From positions 2,016,001 through 2,080,000 of the forward strand of contig OZ251997.1 of NCBI GenBank assembly GCA_965247095.1: DNA of 64,000 nucleotides, given 5' to 3'. Both the position numbers and the translations under genes were made by a program. This document shows positions 9,733 through 19,290 of this stretch, in pieces (within the stretch, counting starts at the first letter, position 1; each line of letters begins with the position of its first letter). The stretch is from Candidatus Multivorans sp. (GTDB lineage Bacteria; Acidobacteriota; Thermoanaerobaculia; Multivoradales; Multivoraceae). The notes under the pieces are model-generated. The model was not told the origin of the DNA. It made no database searches and was given only the letters and a program-made list of their open reading frames with translations.

Positions 9733-10518
9733 GTGACGAACTACGAAGCCGAACTCGACTTCGCGGTCGAGACCGCCTGGATCGCCGGCCAGTTGACGCT
9801 CGAGTTCTTCCGCCTCGGCGTCGAGACGGAACTGAAGAGCGACCGCACGCCGGTCACCGAAGCCGACCGGGGCGCCGAGGAGCTGATCCGCTCCCGGATC
9901 GCCGAGACCTTCCCCAACGACTCGATCGTCGGCGAAGAGTTCGGGGCGGGCGGCGGCACGCAGAACTCACAAGGCGCCGCCGAGCGCAACTGGTACGTCG
10001 ACCCGATCGACGGCACCCGTTCCTTCGTCCGCGGCGTGCCCCTGTACGGCATCCTGATCGGCCTGGAGGTCAAGGGACGGGTGGAGGTCGGCGTCGCCCA
10101 CTTCCCGGGCATCGGCGAAACCGTGGCGGCCGCCTCCGGTCACGGCTGCACGCTGAACGGCGAGCCGGCCCGGGTCTGCGCAACGGACAAGCTGGCGGAG
10201 AGTTACGTCTCTTTTGGCGATCCCGGTCTCTTCGTCGACTCTCGCCATACGCAGGCCTGGCAGCGGATGATGAAGCAGACCGCCTACCGTGTCGGCTGGT
10301 CCGACGCCTACGGCCACGCCCTCGTCGCCACCGGCCGCCTCGAGCTGATGGTCGACCCGCAGATGAGTGCCTGGGACTGCGGACCCTTCCCCGTCATCCT
10401 GCGCGAAGCGGGCGGCTACTTCGGCGACTGGGACGGCAACGAAACGATCCACTGCGGCAGAGCGGTGAGCACCACGCGCCGACTACTGTCCGAGGTCCTG
10501 AAACTGCTCGGCGACTGA
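9733..10518 (+). CDS. inositol monophosphatase family protein (HisN-like histidinol-phosphatase)
   Basis: K.DRTPVTEADR.AE, GEE, WYVDPIDGTRSFVRGVP, WD.....ILREAGG. Confidence 0.85.
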   Translation: MTNYEAELDFAVETAWIAGQLTLEFFRLGVETELKSDRTPVTEADRGAEELIRSRIAETFPNDSIVGEEFGAGGGTQNSQGAAERNWYVDPIDGTRSFVRGVPLYGILIGLEVKGRVEVGVAHFPGIGETVAAASGHGCTLNGEPARVCATDKLAESYVSFGDPGLFVDSRHTQAWQRMMKQTAYRVGWSDAYGHALVATGRLELMVDPQMSAWDCGPFPVILREAGGYFGDWDGNETIHCGRAVSTTRRLLSEVLKLLGD

Positions 10519-10535
10519 ACCGCGGGCGAGCCCGA

Positions 10536-10802
10536 TCAGCCGTTCGAACGGCCGCCGTCCGGCGGCTCCTCGCCCTCCTCGACCGGACCGGCCACGCAGC
10601 TCAGCAGCTCCCGTACCTCGTCCAGCCGGTAGTCCGGCACGCAGAGCGACACCGGCACCGGCGATTTCCCCATCATCCCCATGCCGAACATGCCGACTCC
10701 TGCGCTCTGCACCAGGAACGGGATGTCGTACTGATCCAGGGCATGGCCGATCGTCTCGGCCTCGAGCCTGGAATCGAACCTGGCGAGCTCGACGAACTTC
10801 AT
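10536..10802 (-). CDS. DUF2007-like small protein
   Basis: LARFDSRLEAETIGHALDQYDIP...VSLCVP...DEVRELL pattern. Confidence 0.65.
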   Translation of the reverse strand: MKFVELARFDSRLEAETIGHALDQYDIPFLVQSAGVGMFGMGMMGKSPVPVSLCVPDYRLDEVRELLSCVAGPVEEGEEPPDGGRSNG

Positions 10803-10878
10803 GAGTAGCTCCCGTTGACCTGCCGCCACACTAACCCACGGGAACAAGGACTACTTGAAGGCGCATCGGACGTGCCTC

Positions 10879-10907
10879 TTGAGAAAGACGTCCCGACGTC
10901 CTATGAT
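10879..10907 (+). promoter_or_regulatory. sigma70-type promoter of the methyltransferase, with two GACGTC palindromes in the spacer; probably leaderless
   Basis: TTGAGA(10879-84)-17 nt-TATGAT(10902-07), ATG 8 nt downstream; GACGTC at 10887-92 and 10895-900. Confidence 0.7.
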
Positions 10908-10915
10908 CCGAGGCT

Positions 10916-12064
10916 ATGGCAAGCCCTCGGCGGCCACCAGGTCAGGTTCGCGACGCCATCGTCGCCGCTCTGCGCGCCTATCCGGACGGTGCGTCTCCCG
11001 GCTCGATCGAACAGGTCGTGCGGCAGCGGATCGGTCCGGTAGCTGGATCGAGCATCCGCTCTTACCTGCGACTCAACACGCCCGGCCTCTTCGAGAGGCC
11101 GAGCAGGGGCCGCTATCGGCTTCGCCACGATCCGATCCGCTGGATCCCTCCTAGCAGTGAGATCAGAGACGCTCTGCCGGACTTCGATCACGGAAGGGCG
11201 GCGATCATCCACGGCGACTGTCTCGACTGGCTGAAGCTCTGTGAGCCGAACAGCGTTCACGCTGTGGTTACTGATCCGCCCTACGGACTTGTGGAGTACT
11301 CGTCCGTCGAGCAGCAGAAGCTGCGGGCCGGGCGCGGTGGCGTGTGGCGCATTCCTCCGTCCTTCGACGGCGCGCGGCGGTCTCCCCTGCCCCGATTCAC
11401 GACGCTGTCGGAGCAGGACAAGCGCGATCTGGAGGCCTTCTTCGAGACTTGGGCACGCCTGCTTCTCCCCGCGCTGGTCCCCGGCGCGAACGTCGTAGTG
11501 GCGACCAACCCCTTGCTTTCCTACATCGTGTCTGTCGCACTCGCCCGGGGCGGTCTGGAACGCCGAGGCGAGGTAGTTCGTCTGGTCACGACCATGCGTG
11601 GTGGAGACAGACCAAAGGGCGCGCACGTCGAGTTCGAGGAGGTGAGCGTCATGCCCAGGTCCATGTGGGAACCGTGGCTATTGTTCCGCAAGCCGCCAGA
11701 AGGGAGGATCCAAGACAACCTTCGGAAGTGGGGCACCGGCGGATTCCGCCGGCCCGAAAGCGGGCGACCATTCGGCGACGTGATTCGTTCGGCGCCCACT
11801 CGGGCCGCCGAGAGGAAGCTCGCGCCACACCCGAGTCTGAAACCGCAACGCTTTCTCAGGACTCTCGTGCGGGCCGTCCTACCCTTGGGCAAGGGCGTCG
11901 TCCTCGACCCATTCTGCGGCGCCGCTTCGACGCTTGCCGCCGCCAACGCCGTCGGCTACAACAGCATCGGCATCGAGAAAGACCCGTACTACTACCGCAT
12001 GGCCTGCGAGGCGCTTCCTCGGCTCGCCGCGCTACAGAATCAACAGCCGCTCTTCTCGAGCTAG
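10916..12064 (+). CDS. beta-class N4/N6 DNA methyltransferase with N-terminal putative winged-helix domain
   Basis: GDCLDWL, VVTDPPY preceding HPSLKP and VLDPFCGAAST (beta motif order); ~75-aa basic N-terminal extension. Confidence 0.9.
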   Translation: MASPRRPPGQVRDAIVAALRAYPDGASPGSIEQVVRQRIGPVAGSSIRSYLRLNTPGLFERPSRGRYRLRHDPIRWIPPSSEIRDALPDFDHGRAAIIHGDCLDWLKLCEPNSVHAVVTDPPYGLVEYSSVEQQKLRAGRGGVWRIPPSFDGARRSPLPRFTTLSEQDKRDLEAFFETWARLLLPALVPGANVVVATNPLLSYIVSVALARGGLERRGEVVRLVTTMRGGDRPKGAHVEFEEVSVMPRSMWEPWLLFRKPPEGRIQDNLRKWGTGGFRRPESGRPFGDVIRSAPTRAAERKLAPHPSLKPQRFLRTLVRAVLPLGKGVVLDPFCGAASTLAAANAVGYNSIGIEKDPYYYRMACEALPRLAALQNQQPLFSS

Positions 12065-12245
12065 AAGGCCGAGTCACCGGGCAGATACAGCCAGTTGCGA
12101 CGGAACTTCTGTATTCCGTCTCGGTCGAGAGTCGCCGTCCGGGCGCCAAAGCTCGCCGCGCTCGTTTCGCCGGAGAGTGCCAGTTCCCAGTTGAAGCCAG
12201 CAGACTCAACTTGACTCCGACCGATCGGCTCCCTGCCTTGGCGAC
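12061..12245 (-). pseudogene. 3' remnant of a convergent gene, possibly the cognate restriction endonuclease
   Basis: No start codon of its own; ends ...GARTATLDRDGIQKFRRNWLYLPGDSAF with stop overlapping the MTase stop; identity inferred from position. Confidence 0.35.
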
Positions 12246-12713
12246 CTACGAGCACGATTCTTCCGCCGGCACCTTCAGCATCAGCCCCAGCCGGGTGCAG
12301 CGGGCGACGAGTTCGGCCCGCTGGTTGTAGGCGCGGTGCTCGAAGGTCACGATGCCGGCGTTGGGCCGTGAACGGCTCTCCCGCTTGTCCTTGACCTCGG
12401 TCTCGATCCGCAGCGTGTCGCCGTGGAACACCGGCCGCGGGAAGACGACGTCGTTCCAGCCCAGGTTGGCGATCGTGGTGCCGAGCGTCGTGTCGCCGAC
12501 CGAGATGCCGACCATGAGGCTCAGGGTTAAGCAACTGTTGACGATCCGCTGCCCGAACTCGCTGTGCTTCATCGCCTCGGCGTCGAGGTGGAGCGCCGCC
12601 GGGTTGTGGGTCATCGCGGTGAAGAAGACGTTGTCCGCCTCGGTCACCGTCCGCCGCAGCGCGTGGTCGAAGAGCCGACCGACTTCGAACTGTTCGTAGT
12701 AGAGGCCTGCCAT
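12246..12713 (-). CDS. MaoC family dehydratase
   Basis: [10 protein letters not shown]...[21 protein letters not shown]; [10 protein letters not shown]. Confidence 0.9.
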   Translation of the reverse strand: MAGLYYEQFEVGRLFDHALRRTVTEADNVFFTAMTHNPAALHLDAEAMKHSEFGQRIVNSCLTLSLMVGISVGDTTLGTTIANLGWNDVVFPRPVFHGDTLRIETEVKDKRESRSRPNAGIVTFEHRAYNQRAELVARCTRLGLMLKVPAEESCS

Positions 12714-12745
12714 GAAGGCAACCCTATAGCCATTGCCGCCTTCTG

Positions 12746-12847
12746 CGGATGCGGGCAGGATGCCCGCGTTCCATCCGGGCACCCGATGACGGGCGCCCGG
12801 AGTGGTTCACGGGTGGCGCGGATCGCGCCACCCGGGTTCCCAGGGCC
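12746..12847 (-). repeat. ~100-bp three-hairpin composite repeat (family A), copy 1, 3' of murA
   Basis: Near-identical reverse complement of 15006-15105. Confidence 0.9.
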
Positions 12848-12869
12848 GGATACCGGCGCGTGCCTCTTG

Positions 12870-14195
12870 CTAGCCCACCCGTTCGATGTCGGCCCCGAGG
12901 GAACGCAGCCGCTCGTCGATCCGCTCGTAACCGCGATCGATCTGCTGCACGTTGTCGATCACGCTACGTCCCTCGGCGCACAGGGCGGCGATCAGCATCG
13001 CCATGCCGGCGCGGATATCGGGGCTCACCATGTCCCGTCCGTAGAGCTTCGACGGCCCGCTGACGACCACGCGGTGCGGGTCGCAGAGCACGATCTGGGC
13101 GCCCATAGCCACCAGGCGGTCGACGAAGAACATGCGGGACTCAAACAGCTTCTCGTGGATCAGCACCGAGCCGCGGCTCTGGGTCGCGCCGACCACCGCG
13201 ATCGAGGTCAGGTCGGCGGGAAAACCGGGCCACGGCGCGTCCTCGATCTTCGGAATCGCGCCCTGCAGATCCGTGCGTACGCACAGTTCCTGGCCGCCGG
13301 GGACGAACAGGTCGCTGCCGTCGTCGGACACCTCGAAGTCGATGCCCAGCCGGCCGAAGGCGAGCCGCGTCGCGCGGTGCTCCAGCGGCCGCGCGTTGGG
13401 GATGAGCAGTTCGCCGCCGGTCACCGCCGCCAGCGTGATGAGCGACCCAACCTCGATGTAGTCGGGCCCGATCTCGAAGTCGGCGCCGCCGAGCCTCTCG
13501 GTGCCCTCGATGGTCAGCGCGTTCGTCCCGATACCGTCGATCCCCACACCCATCGACCGCAGCAGCCTGCACAGGTCCTGCACGTGCGGCTCACTCGCCG
13601 CGTTCAGGATCCGGGTCTCGCCCTCCGCGAGAGACGCCGCCATCACCGCGTTCTCGGTCGCCGTGACCGAAGCCTCGTCGAGGAAGATCTCGGCGCCGCG
13701 CAGCCGGCCGTCGGCGGCCTTGACGCGGCACTCGAGACCGCCGCGAGGGCAGAGCGTGATCCCGGCGCCGAGAGCCTCGAGTGCAAGCACGTGGGTGTCG
13801 AGTCGTCTACGACCGATCACGTCGCCACCCGGGGGCGGCATGCTCACCTGCCCGCGCCGGGCCAGCAGGGGACCCGCGAGCAGGATGGAGGCCCGGATGG
13901 CGCGGCACAGGTCCGGGTCCGGATCCTCGTCACCGAGACCGGCGGCGCAGACCCGAACCGTGTCCGCGCCCACGAACTCGGCCTCGGCCCCGAGTTGACG
14001 AACCAATCCGATCTGCGCTTCCACGTCGCGGATTCGCGGCACGTTGCGCAACGTCACCTCGTCGTCGGTGAGGAGCGCGGCAGCCAGGATCGGCAGCGCC
14101 GCGTTCTTGTTGCCGCGCGCTTCCAGCGTCCCCGAGATCGGCCGGCCGCCCTCGATCACGAACTGGGAGCGCGGCATGTTTCCGGCGGTGTCCAT
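12870..14195 (-). CDS. murA: UDP-N-acetylglucosamine 1-carboxyvinyltransferase
   Basis: [57 protein letters not shown]; alternative start at 14177. Confidence 0.96.
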   Translation of the reverse strand: MDTAGNMPRSQFVIEGGRPISGTLEARGNKNAALPILAAALLTDDEVTLRNVPRIRDVEAQIGLVRQLGAEAEFVGADTVRVCAAGLGDEDPDPDLCRAIRASILLAGPLLARRGQVSMPPPGGDVIGRRRLDTHVLALEALGAGITLCPRGGLECRVKAADGRLRGAEIFLDEASVTATENAVMAASLAEGETRILNAASEPHVQDLCRLLRSMGVGIDGIGTNALTIEGTERLGGADFEIGPDYIEVGSLITLAAVTGGELLIPNARPLEHRATRLAFGRLGIDFEVSDDGSDLFVPGGQELCVRTDLQGAIPKIEDAPWPGFPADLTSIAVVGATQSRGSVLIHEKLFESRMFFVDRLVAMGAQIVLCDPHRVVVSGPSKLYGRDMVSPDIRAGMAMLIAALCAEGRSVIDNVQQIDRGYERIDERLRSLGADIERVG

Positions 14196-14257
14196 CGCGG
14201 CGTTAGTTGACCACAGGAACACCGTGGCGAGCGCGATCTCTTCCGACCCGGCCGACC

Positions 14258-14283
14258 TGAAACTTCCCCGCCGCCCCAACGTC
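14258..14283 (+). promoter_or_regulatory. ECF sigma factor-type promoter
   Basis: TGAAAC-N16-CGTC, the SigW/SigM/SigX-like consensus, ~70 nt upstream of ATG 14355 (AAGGAG RBS). Confidence 0.6.
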
Positions 14284-14354
14284 CTACCAGAAGTACGGCG
14301 CAACACGGTCGAACACTGCCCCACGACCTCCACCTCCAAGCAAGGAGAACCGAC

Positions 14355-14993
14355 ATGAAGAACCGTCACCACCCGTGGTCGACCCTGGCGTTCGCCCTCC
14401 TCGTCGCCCTCGCACCCGGCGCCGCCCTGGCCCAGAACGATGCCGGCCAGGACCCGGACGAGCGCTGGGAGGAACTCGGCCAACGCTGGCAGGAGTGGGG
14501 CGAGCAGTTCGGCCGCAGTTTCGAGGACGCCGACTGGGAGTCCCAGCACAAGAACTGGGAGGAGTACGGCGAGCGCTGGGAGAAGTGGGGCGAACAGTTC
14601 GCCGCGTCCTTCGAGAGCGCTTTCGACGAGGAAGAGTGGGAGGCCTGGGCCCAGCAGTTCGAGGACATGGAACACGAGGACGGCGAAGTCGACTGGGAGC
14701 GGTTCGGCGAGTTTTGGGAGCAGTTCGGCGACCGGTTCGGCGACTCCCTCGGCGAAGCGCTCGAAGGCGCGGACTGGGAGACCTTCGGTGAAGCCCTGGG
14801 CGCCATCGGAGAGCAGATGGGCGAACTGGCCGAGCTGATTGCGGCCAGCGTCGAGAACGCGGATTGGGACGGTTTCACCGATCTCATCAGCGAGACGGTG
14901 GAACAGGCCGTCGAGGGCGCCGAGGAAGCAGTGGAGGCAGCCGAAGAAGCGGCCGAGCGCGCAGCAGAGGCCGCCGAGGAGATCGACGCCTAG
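14355..14993 (+). CDS. secreted acidic Trp/Phe-periodic helical-repeat protein, unknown function
   Basis: Signal peptide ending ALA-Q; repeats [20 protein letters not shown] / [20 protein letters not shown] / [19 protein letters not shown]. Confidence 0.8.
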   Translation: MKNRHHPWSTLAFALLVALAPGAALAQNDAGQDPDERWEELGQRWQEWGEQFGRSFEDADWESQHKNWEEYGERWEKWGEQFAASFESAFDEEEWEAWAQQFEDMEHEDGEVDWERFGEFWEQFGDRFGDSLGEALEGADWETFGEALGAIGEQMGELAELIAASVENADWDGFTDLISETVEQAVEGAEEAVEAAEEAAERAAEAAEEIDA

Positions 14994-15005
14994 CCTCGGC
15001 GTCCG

Positions 15006-15105
15006 TCCTGGGAACCCGGGTGGCGCGATCCGCGCCACCCGTGAACCGCTCCGTGCGCCCGTCATCGGGCGTACGGATGGAACGCGGGCGTCTCGCCCGC
15101 ATCCG
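15006..15105 (+). repeat. ~100-bp three-hairpin composite repeat (family A), copy 2
   Basis: GGAAC-CCGGGTGGCGCG atc CGCGCCACCCG, TGAAC..GCGCCCG tcat CGGGCG, GGAAC-GCGGGC gtctc GCCCGC. Confidence 0.9.
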
Positions 15106-15227
15106 GCGCGAAGCTCCGGGCCTTCGCCGGCGCCCAGAGCTTCTCCGTGAGGCCGACATCACGGGAAGGCCTGATGCCAGTGCCTTAGGCTACGCACTCC
15201 GTTTCACCACCCACGGAGTATCCAAAC

Positions 15228-16178
15228 ATGCCGGTCGATCCCCAGGTACAGGCCTTCCTCGAAGCCCAGGCGCAGGCCGCGATCGAGAACCAGGTTCCGC
15301 CCATCACGGAGCAGACGGTGGAGATGGCCCGAGCCGGCTATCTCGCCGTCGCCGAAATGCTGGGCCTGGGCCCGGACGTCGACACCGAAGACTCCGCAGC
15401 GCCCGGTCCGGCCGGCGACATCCCGGTCCGCATCTACCGCCCCAAGAGCGCCGGCCCCGGCCTACCGGTGCTGGTCTACTACCACGGCGGTGGCTGGGTG
15501 ATCGGCGATCTCGACACCCATGACTACGCGGCGCGGGAGCTTTGCGCGGGCGCTGGCTGCCTCGTCGTCGCGGTCGACTACCGTCTGGCCCCCGGGGCCC
15601 AGTTCCCCGCCGCGGTCGACGACTCCTGGGCCGCCCTCCAGTGGGTGGCCGCCAACGCGGAGAGTCTCGGCGGCGACCCGGGCCGGATCGCGGTCGGCGG
15701 GGACAGCGCCGGCGGCAACCTCTCCGCCGTGATGAGCCTGCTCGCTCGCGACGCAGGTGGCCCGAAGCTCGCCTTTCAACTCCTGATCTACCCGGCGGTG
15801 GACATGGACTTCAGCCGCCCATCGATCGACGAGAATGCGGACGGCTACGTTCTGACCAAGGACCACATGATCTGGTTCCGCGGCCACTACCTGCGCTCCG
15901 ACGCCGACCGCGCCGACTTCCGCGCCTCGCCGCTCTTAGCCTCTGACCACAGCGGCCTGCCGCCGGCCCTGGTCATCACCGCCGAGTTCGACCCGCTGCG
16001 CGACGAAGGGCGGGACTACGCCGACACGCTCCATGCCGCCGGCGTCGCGGCCACCCTCTCCAACTACGAAGGCCAGGTCCACGTCTTCTTCCAGCTCTCC
16101 CCCATCCTCGACGGTGGACGCAGGGCGGTGGACGAAGCCTGCGCGGCGCTGCGCAGGGCGTTCGGCGAAGCCGACTGA
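15228..16178 (+). CDS. HSL-family alpha/beta hydrolase (esterase/lipase)
   Basis: HGGGW, VDYRLAP, GDSAGG, DPLRDEG, H motif. Confidence 0.93.
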   Translation: MPVDPQVQAFLEAQAQAAIENQVPPITEQTVEMARAGYLAVAEMLGLGPDVDTEDSAAPGPAGDIPVRIYRPKSAGPGLPVLVYYHGGGWVIGDLDTHDYAARELCAGAGCLVVAVDYRLAPGAQFPAAVDDSWAALQWVAANAESLGGDPGRIAVGGDSAGGNLSAVMSLLARDAGGPKLAFQLLIYPAVDMDFSRPSIDENADGYVLTKDHMIWFRGHYLRSDADRADFRASPLLASDHSGLPPALVITAEFDPLRDEGRDYADTLHAAGVAATLSNYEGQVHVFFQLSPILDGGRRAVDEACAALRRAFGEAD

Positions 16179-16192
16179 GACACTTCGGGGCG

Positions 16193-16891
16193 TCAGCCGA
16201 AAACGCGGGGTTCGAAGTCCGGCTCGTTGACGATGCTGGCGCTGCTCCCCGTTGCCCGGATGACGAACAGACCTCGGCGGTCCGCGTACTTCGTCACCGA
16301 AGCGTCGCTCTTGAGGTAGGCCACCGCGCCGTAGATCCGCCGTTCCCGGTACTCCGGCGACCACTCCACGAACTGCGAGAGCTTGTCCAGGAACTCGGTG
16401 ACGTCTTCCGATCTAAGCGTCGTCTTGACCTCGACAACGACGACTTCCGCGCCGTTCGCGGCGACGATGTCGATCTCGAAGTGCTCCCCGTTGCGGCGCC
16501 CCGTCATTCGCTGGAGTGTCCGTTCCACCTCGATGCCGCGTTGCTTCAGCAGGGGAACGAGGTCTCCCTCGACCAGGCTCTCCATCAACTTGCCCCACTG
16601 CGAGGTGAACAGGTCTTCCGCCTTCTTGAGCCGCCGGTCGGTCTCCTTCATCTGCCGGGCGGTTTCCTTCTGGTACTCCCTGATCTCGGCCATTTCGGCT
16701 CGGCCCTTTGCGAAGTCGGCCTGCCTCTCGGCCCGGCTCTTTTCGAAGTCGGCCTGCCTCTCGGCCCGGCTCTTCGCGATGTCGGCCCGGCTCTTCGCCA
16801 TCAGATCGGACGTGCGCCGCAGGATCGCCCAGATCTCCTCCGGCGTAGCCGGAGCCTCGGCACCCGCACCTGGTGTGTTCGTACTCGTCAT
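16193..16891 (-). CDS. coiled-coil plus PD-(D/E)XK nuclease-like protein (DUF3782-like)
   Basis: QKETARQMKETDRRLK, WGKLMESLVE, EIDIVA.NG.EVVVVEVKTTL, IYGAVA. Confidence 0.75.
   Translation of the reverse strand: MTSTNTPGAGAEAPATPEEIWAILRRTSDLMAKSRADIAKSRAERQADFEKSRAERQADFAKGRAEMAEIREYQKETARQMKETDRRLKKAEDLFTSQWGKLMESLVEGDLVPLLKQRGIEVERTLQRMTGRRNGEHFEIDIVAANGAEVVVVEVKTTLRSEDVTEFLDKLSQFVEWSPEYRERRIYGAVAYLKSDASVTKYADRRGLFVIRATGSSASIVNEPDFEPRVFG
16711..16799. repeat. intragenic 33-bp tandem repeat (2 full + 1 partial)
   Basis: CGAAGTCGGCCTGCCTCTCGGCCCGGCTCTT units encoding KSRAERQADF. Confidence 0.85.
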
Positions 16892-17164
16892 CGATTCCTC
16901 CACGCGAGGCAGCCTTCGGGGGAGGGCAAGCTCTGGTTGGCAAGGATCGGGCCCGCGGCGCAAGCCGCTTCCGCAGCCGACCCAACGGCCGTCATCGTAG
17001 CGCAACCCCACCGAGGAATTGGACGGCAAGAGCCTGCTTGCCGCCGAGGGTGGTCAAGGGACGCTGCCGCGACGGCAACCGGGTCGCCGGCCGCTTCACC
17101 GACGACAAGGTCGAGGGCAAATGGAAGATCCGCGACCAACTGGGACACGTCCTGGAAGAAGCGA

Positions 17165-18439
17165 GGCGCCGGATCGGGCCGCTTCATCTTGGCAGCAGCT
17201 CGGCGGTTTCCGGAAGCCGCCCTGGTCGCCGTGGAGACGGACCCGCTCGCGATCCTGATCCTCAGGGCCAACGCGGAAGTCCTCGGTCTTTCGGGTCGGC
17301 TCACGATCGAAGAGACCGACTATCGCGACCTCTCCCTGCCTGCTATCGACGGAACGACTCTGTTCATCGGCAACCCGCCATACGTCCGACACCATCGCAT
17401 CGACGCCGAATGGAAGAACTGGTTCGCCAACACCGCGGCCAACCACGGGCTGCGAGCGAGCAAGCTGGCCGGGCTCCATATTCACTTCTTCGTCAAGAGC
17501 CTGGAACTGGCCCGCCCCGGCGACTACGGCGCCTACATCACCGCCGCGGAGTGGCTCGACGTGAACTACGGTTCGGTGCTTCGCCACGCGCTGGCCGACG
17601 GCTTGGGCGGTCTGGCTCTCCACCTTCTCTCACCGACTGCCGCGCCGTTCCCCGACGCGCTGACCTCGGCCGCCATCACCTGCTGGGAGGCCGGCCACCA
17701 CGGCTCTTCCGTCGCGGTCCGAACAATCGAAGGCCCCGATCAACTCGACGGGCTGCGGTCACGTCGCTCGGTGCCCTGGACCACGCTCAGAAGGGCGCAT
17801 CGCTGGTCAACGATCATCAGACCATGCGACCCGAGGCGCGGCGGCGCAATCGAACTCGGTGAGATCTGCCGTGTTCACCGGGGGCAGGTCACCGGGAGCA
17901 ACGCGGTCTGGGTCACCGGCAAGTACGACGGCGACCTGCCCTCGAATGTCCTGTTCCCATCCGTCACCCGAGCACGAGAGTTGTTCTCGGCCGGCGCCGC
18001 TCTTACTTCGGCCGAGCACCTGCGCCAAGTCGTCGATCTGCCGCGTGACCTCGACAGCCTCAAGCCTTCGGCCCGCCACCTCGTCGACAGGTTCCTGCAC
18101 TGGGCACAGGACCAGGGTGCTCACGAGACCTACATCGCTCGCCACCGCCGCCCTTGGTGGACGGTCGGTCTACGATCGCCGGCGCCGATTCTCTGCACCT
18201 ACATGGCCCGCCGGCCTCCGGCCTTCGTGAGGAATCGTTGCGGCGCACGCCACATCAACGTCGCCCACGGGCTGTACCCCCGAGAGGAGCTACCCGACGC
18301 TCAACTGACCAACCTCACGGCATGGCTCAACCGCAACGTCGGCACCGAGCAGGGGCGCACCTACGCGGAAGGCCTGACGAAGTTCGAGCCCAAGGAAGTC
18401 GAGCGGATCCTGATTCCGAGGCTGGAAGACTTCGGATGA
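17165..18439 (+). pseudogene. gamma-class N6-adenine DNA methyltransferase of a XamI-type R-M system, 5'-truncated
   Basis: Begins abruptly at motif I remnant GAGSGRF with no DP and no plausible start; GNPPYVRHH, WLDVNYG, GLTKFEPKE. Confidence 0.75.
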
Positions 18440-19290
18440 TCGAACCGCGGCGGTGGACCCTCGCCGAGCTTGAACGAGATGCGGAAGAGGCTACGTCCCT
18501 CTTCCGCGAAGAGCGCCTCAAGGAGTCGCTGAACCAGTACTCCGACTTCTTCGAACACTTCTCGACCGTCTTCCGAGAACTCGTCGACCGCCTACCTGCC
18601 CTTGCGCACGCAGAGAACTCCGCGCACGCAATCATCGAGATTCTCAGCGAGGACGACGCGCGGACTGCTCTTCGCTACCTCGCGGCACCCCTGGTGTCCG
18701 ACGACGACCTGAAGACCCTCGCCGAGACCAAGCTCTCCGCCACGGCCCTGCGGAACACGCCCGAGAACGCCCACCGCGTAGCCGCCCTCGTCCTTCGCCT
18801 CATCGACCCCCACCGCTTCCCCTGGATCGCCGAGAACCGCCTACCAACGAGCGACGAGGTCGAGCGGGCAGTGGTTGCCTCCGCAGCGCTCGTAGCGACG
18901 CAGAAGGTATCCACCTCCCGCCGGAGCGCCAGCAAGGTCCAAGAAGACGCCGTCAAGGACGTCCTCCGCTCCTGCGGCTTCATCGAAGACCCTTCCCGAC
19001 CCGACATTGAGACTCTCGTGGATGCCCCGGCGTCGAACCACTTCCGAGGCGAGAGCAAACTCGGCCGAACAAAGGCCGACATCGTCGCCCGCCTCCCCGA
19101 TCAGCGACTGCTGGCGATCGAGTGCAAGGTATCGAACAGCGCCGTGAACTCCTACAAGCGCGTGAACCACGAGGCCGTTGGCAAGGCACGGTCGTGGCTG
19201 TCCGACTTCGGCAGACGCCAGATCGTCCCGGCGGCCGTTCTCAGTGGCGTCTTCAAACCCGCGAACCTGGCTACAGCGCAAGATGAAGTC
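18436..19290 (+). pseudogene. XamI family restriction endonuclease, C-terminus replaced
   Basis: ATGA overlap with MTase; LRYLAAP.VSDDDLKTL, KADIV, AIECKVSNSAVNS.KR.NHEA..KA..W..FG, PAAVLSGVF; the frame then runs into unrelated sequence. Confidence 0.75.

Noticed and set aside
14196-15065. Long N-terminal extension of MurA (731-aa ORF)
   Set aside because: Antisense read-through of the 14355-14993 gene and the repeat; MurA homology starts near 14195/14177
16481-17164. N-terminus of the 652-aa methyltransferase ORF
   Set aside because: Overlaps the opposite-strand nuclease-like gene and shows no MTase character before GAGSGRF
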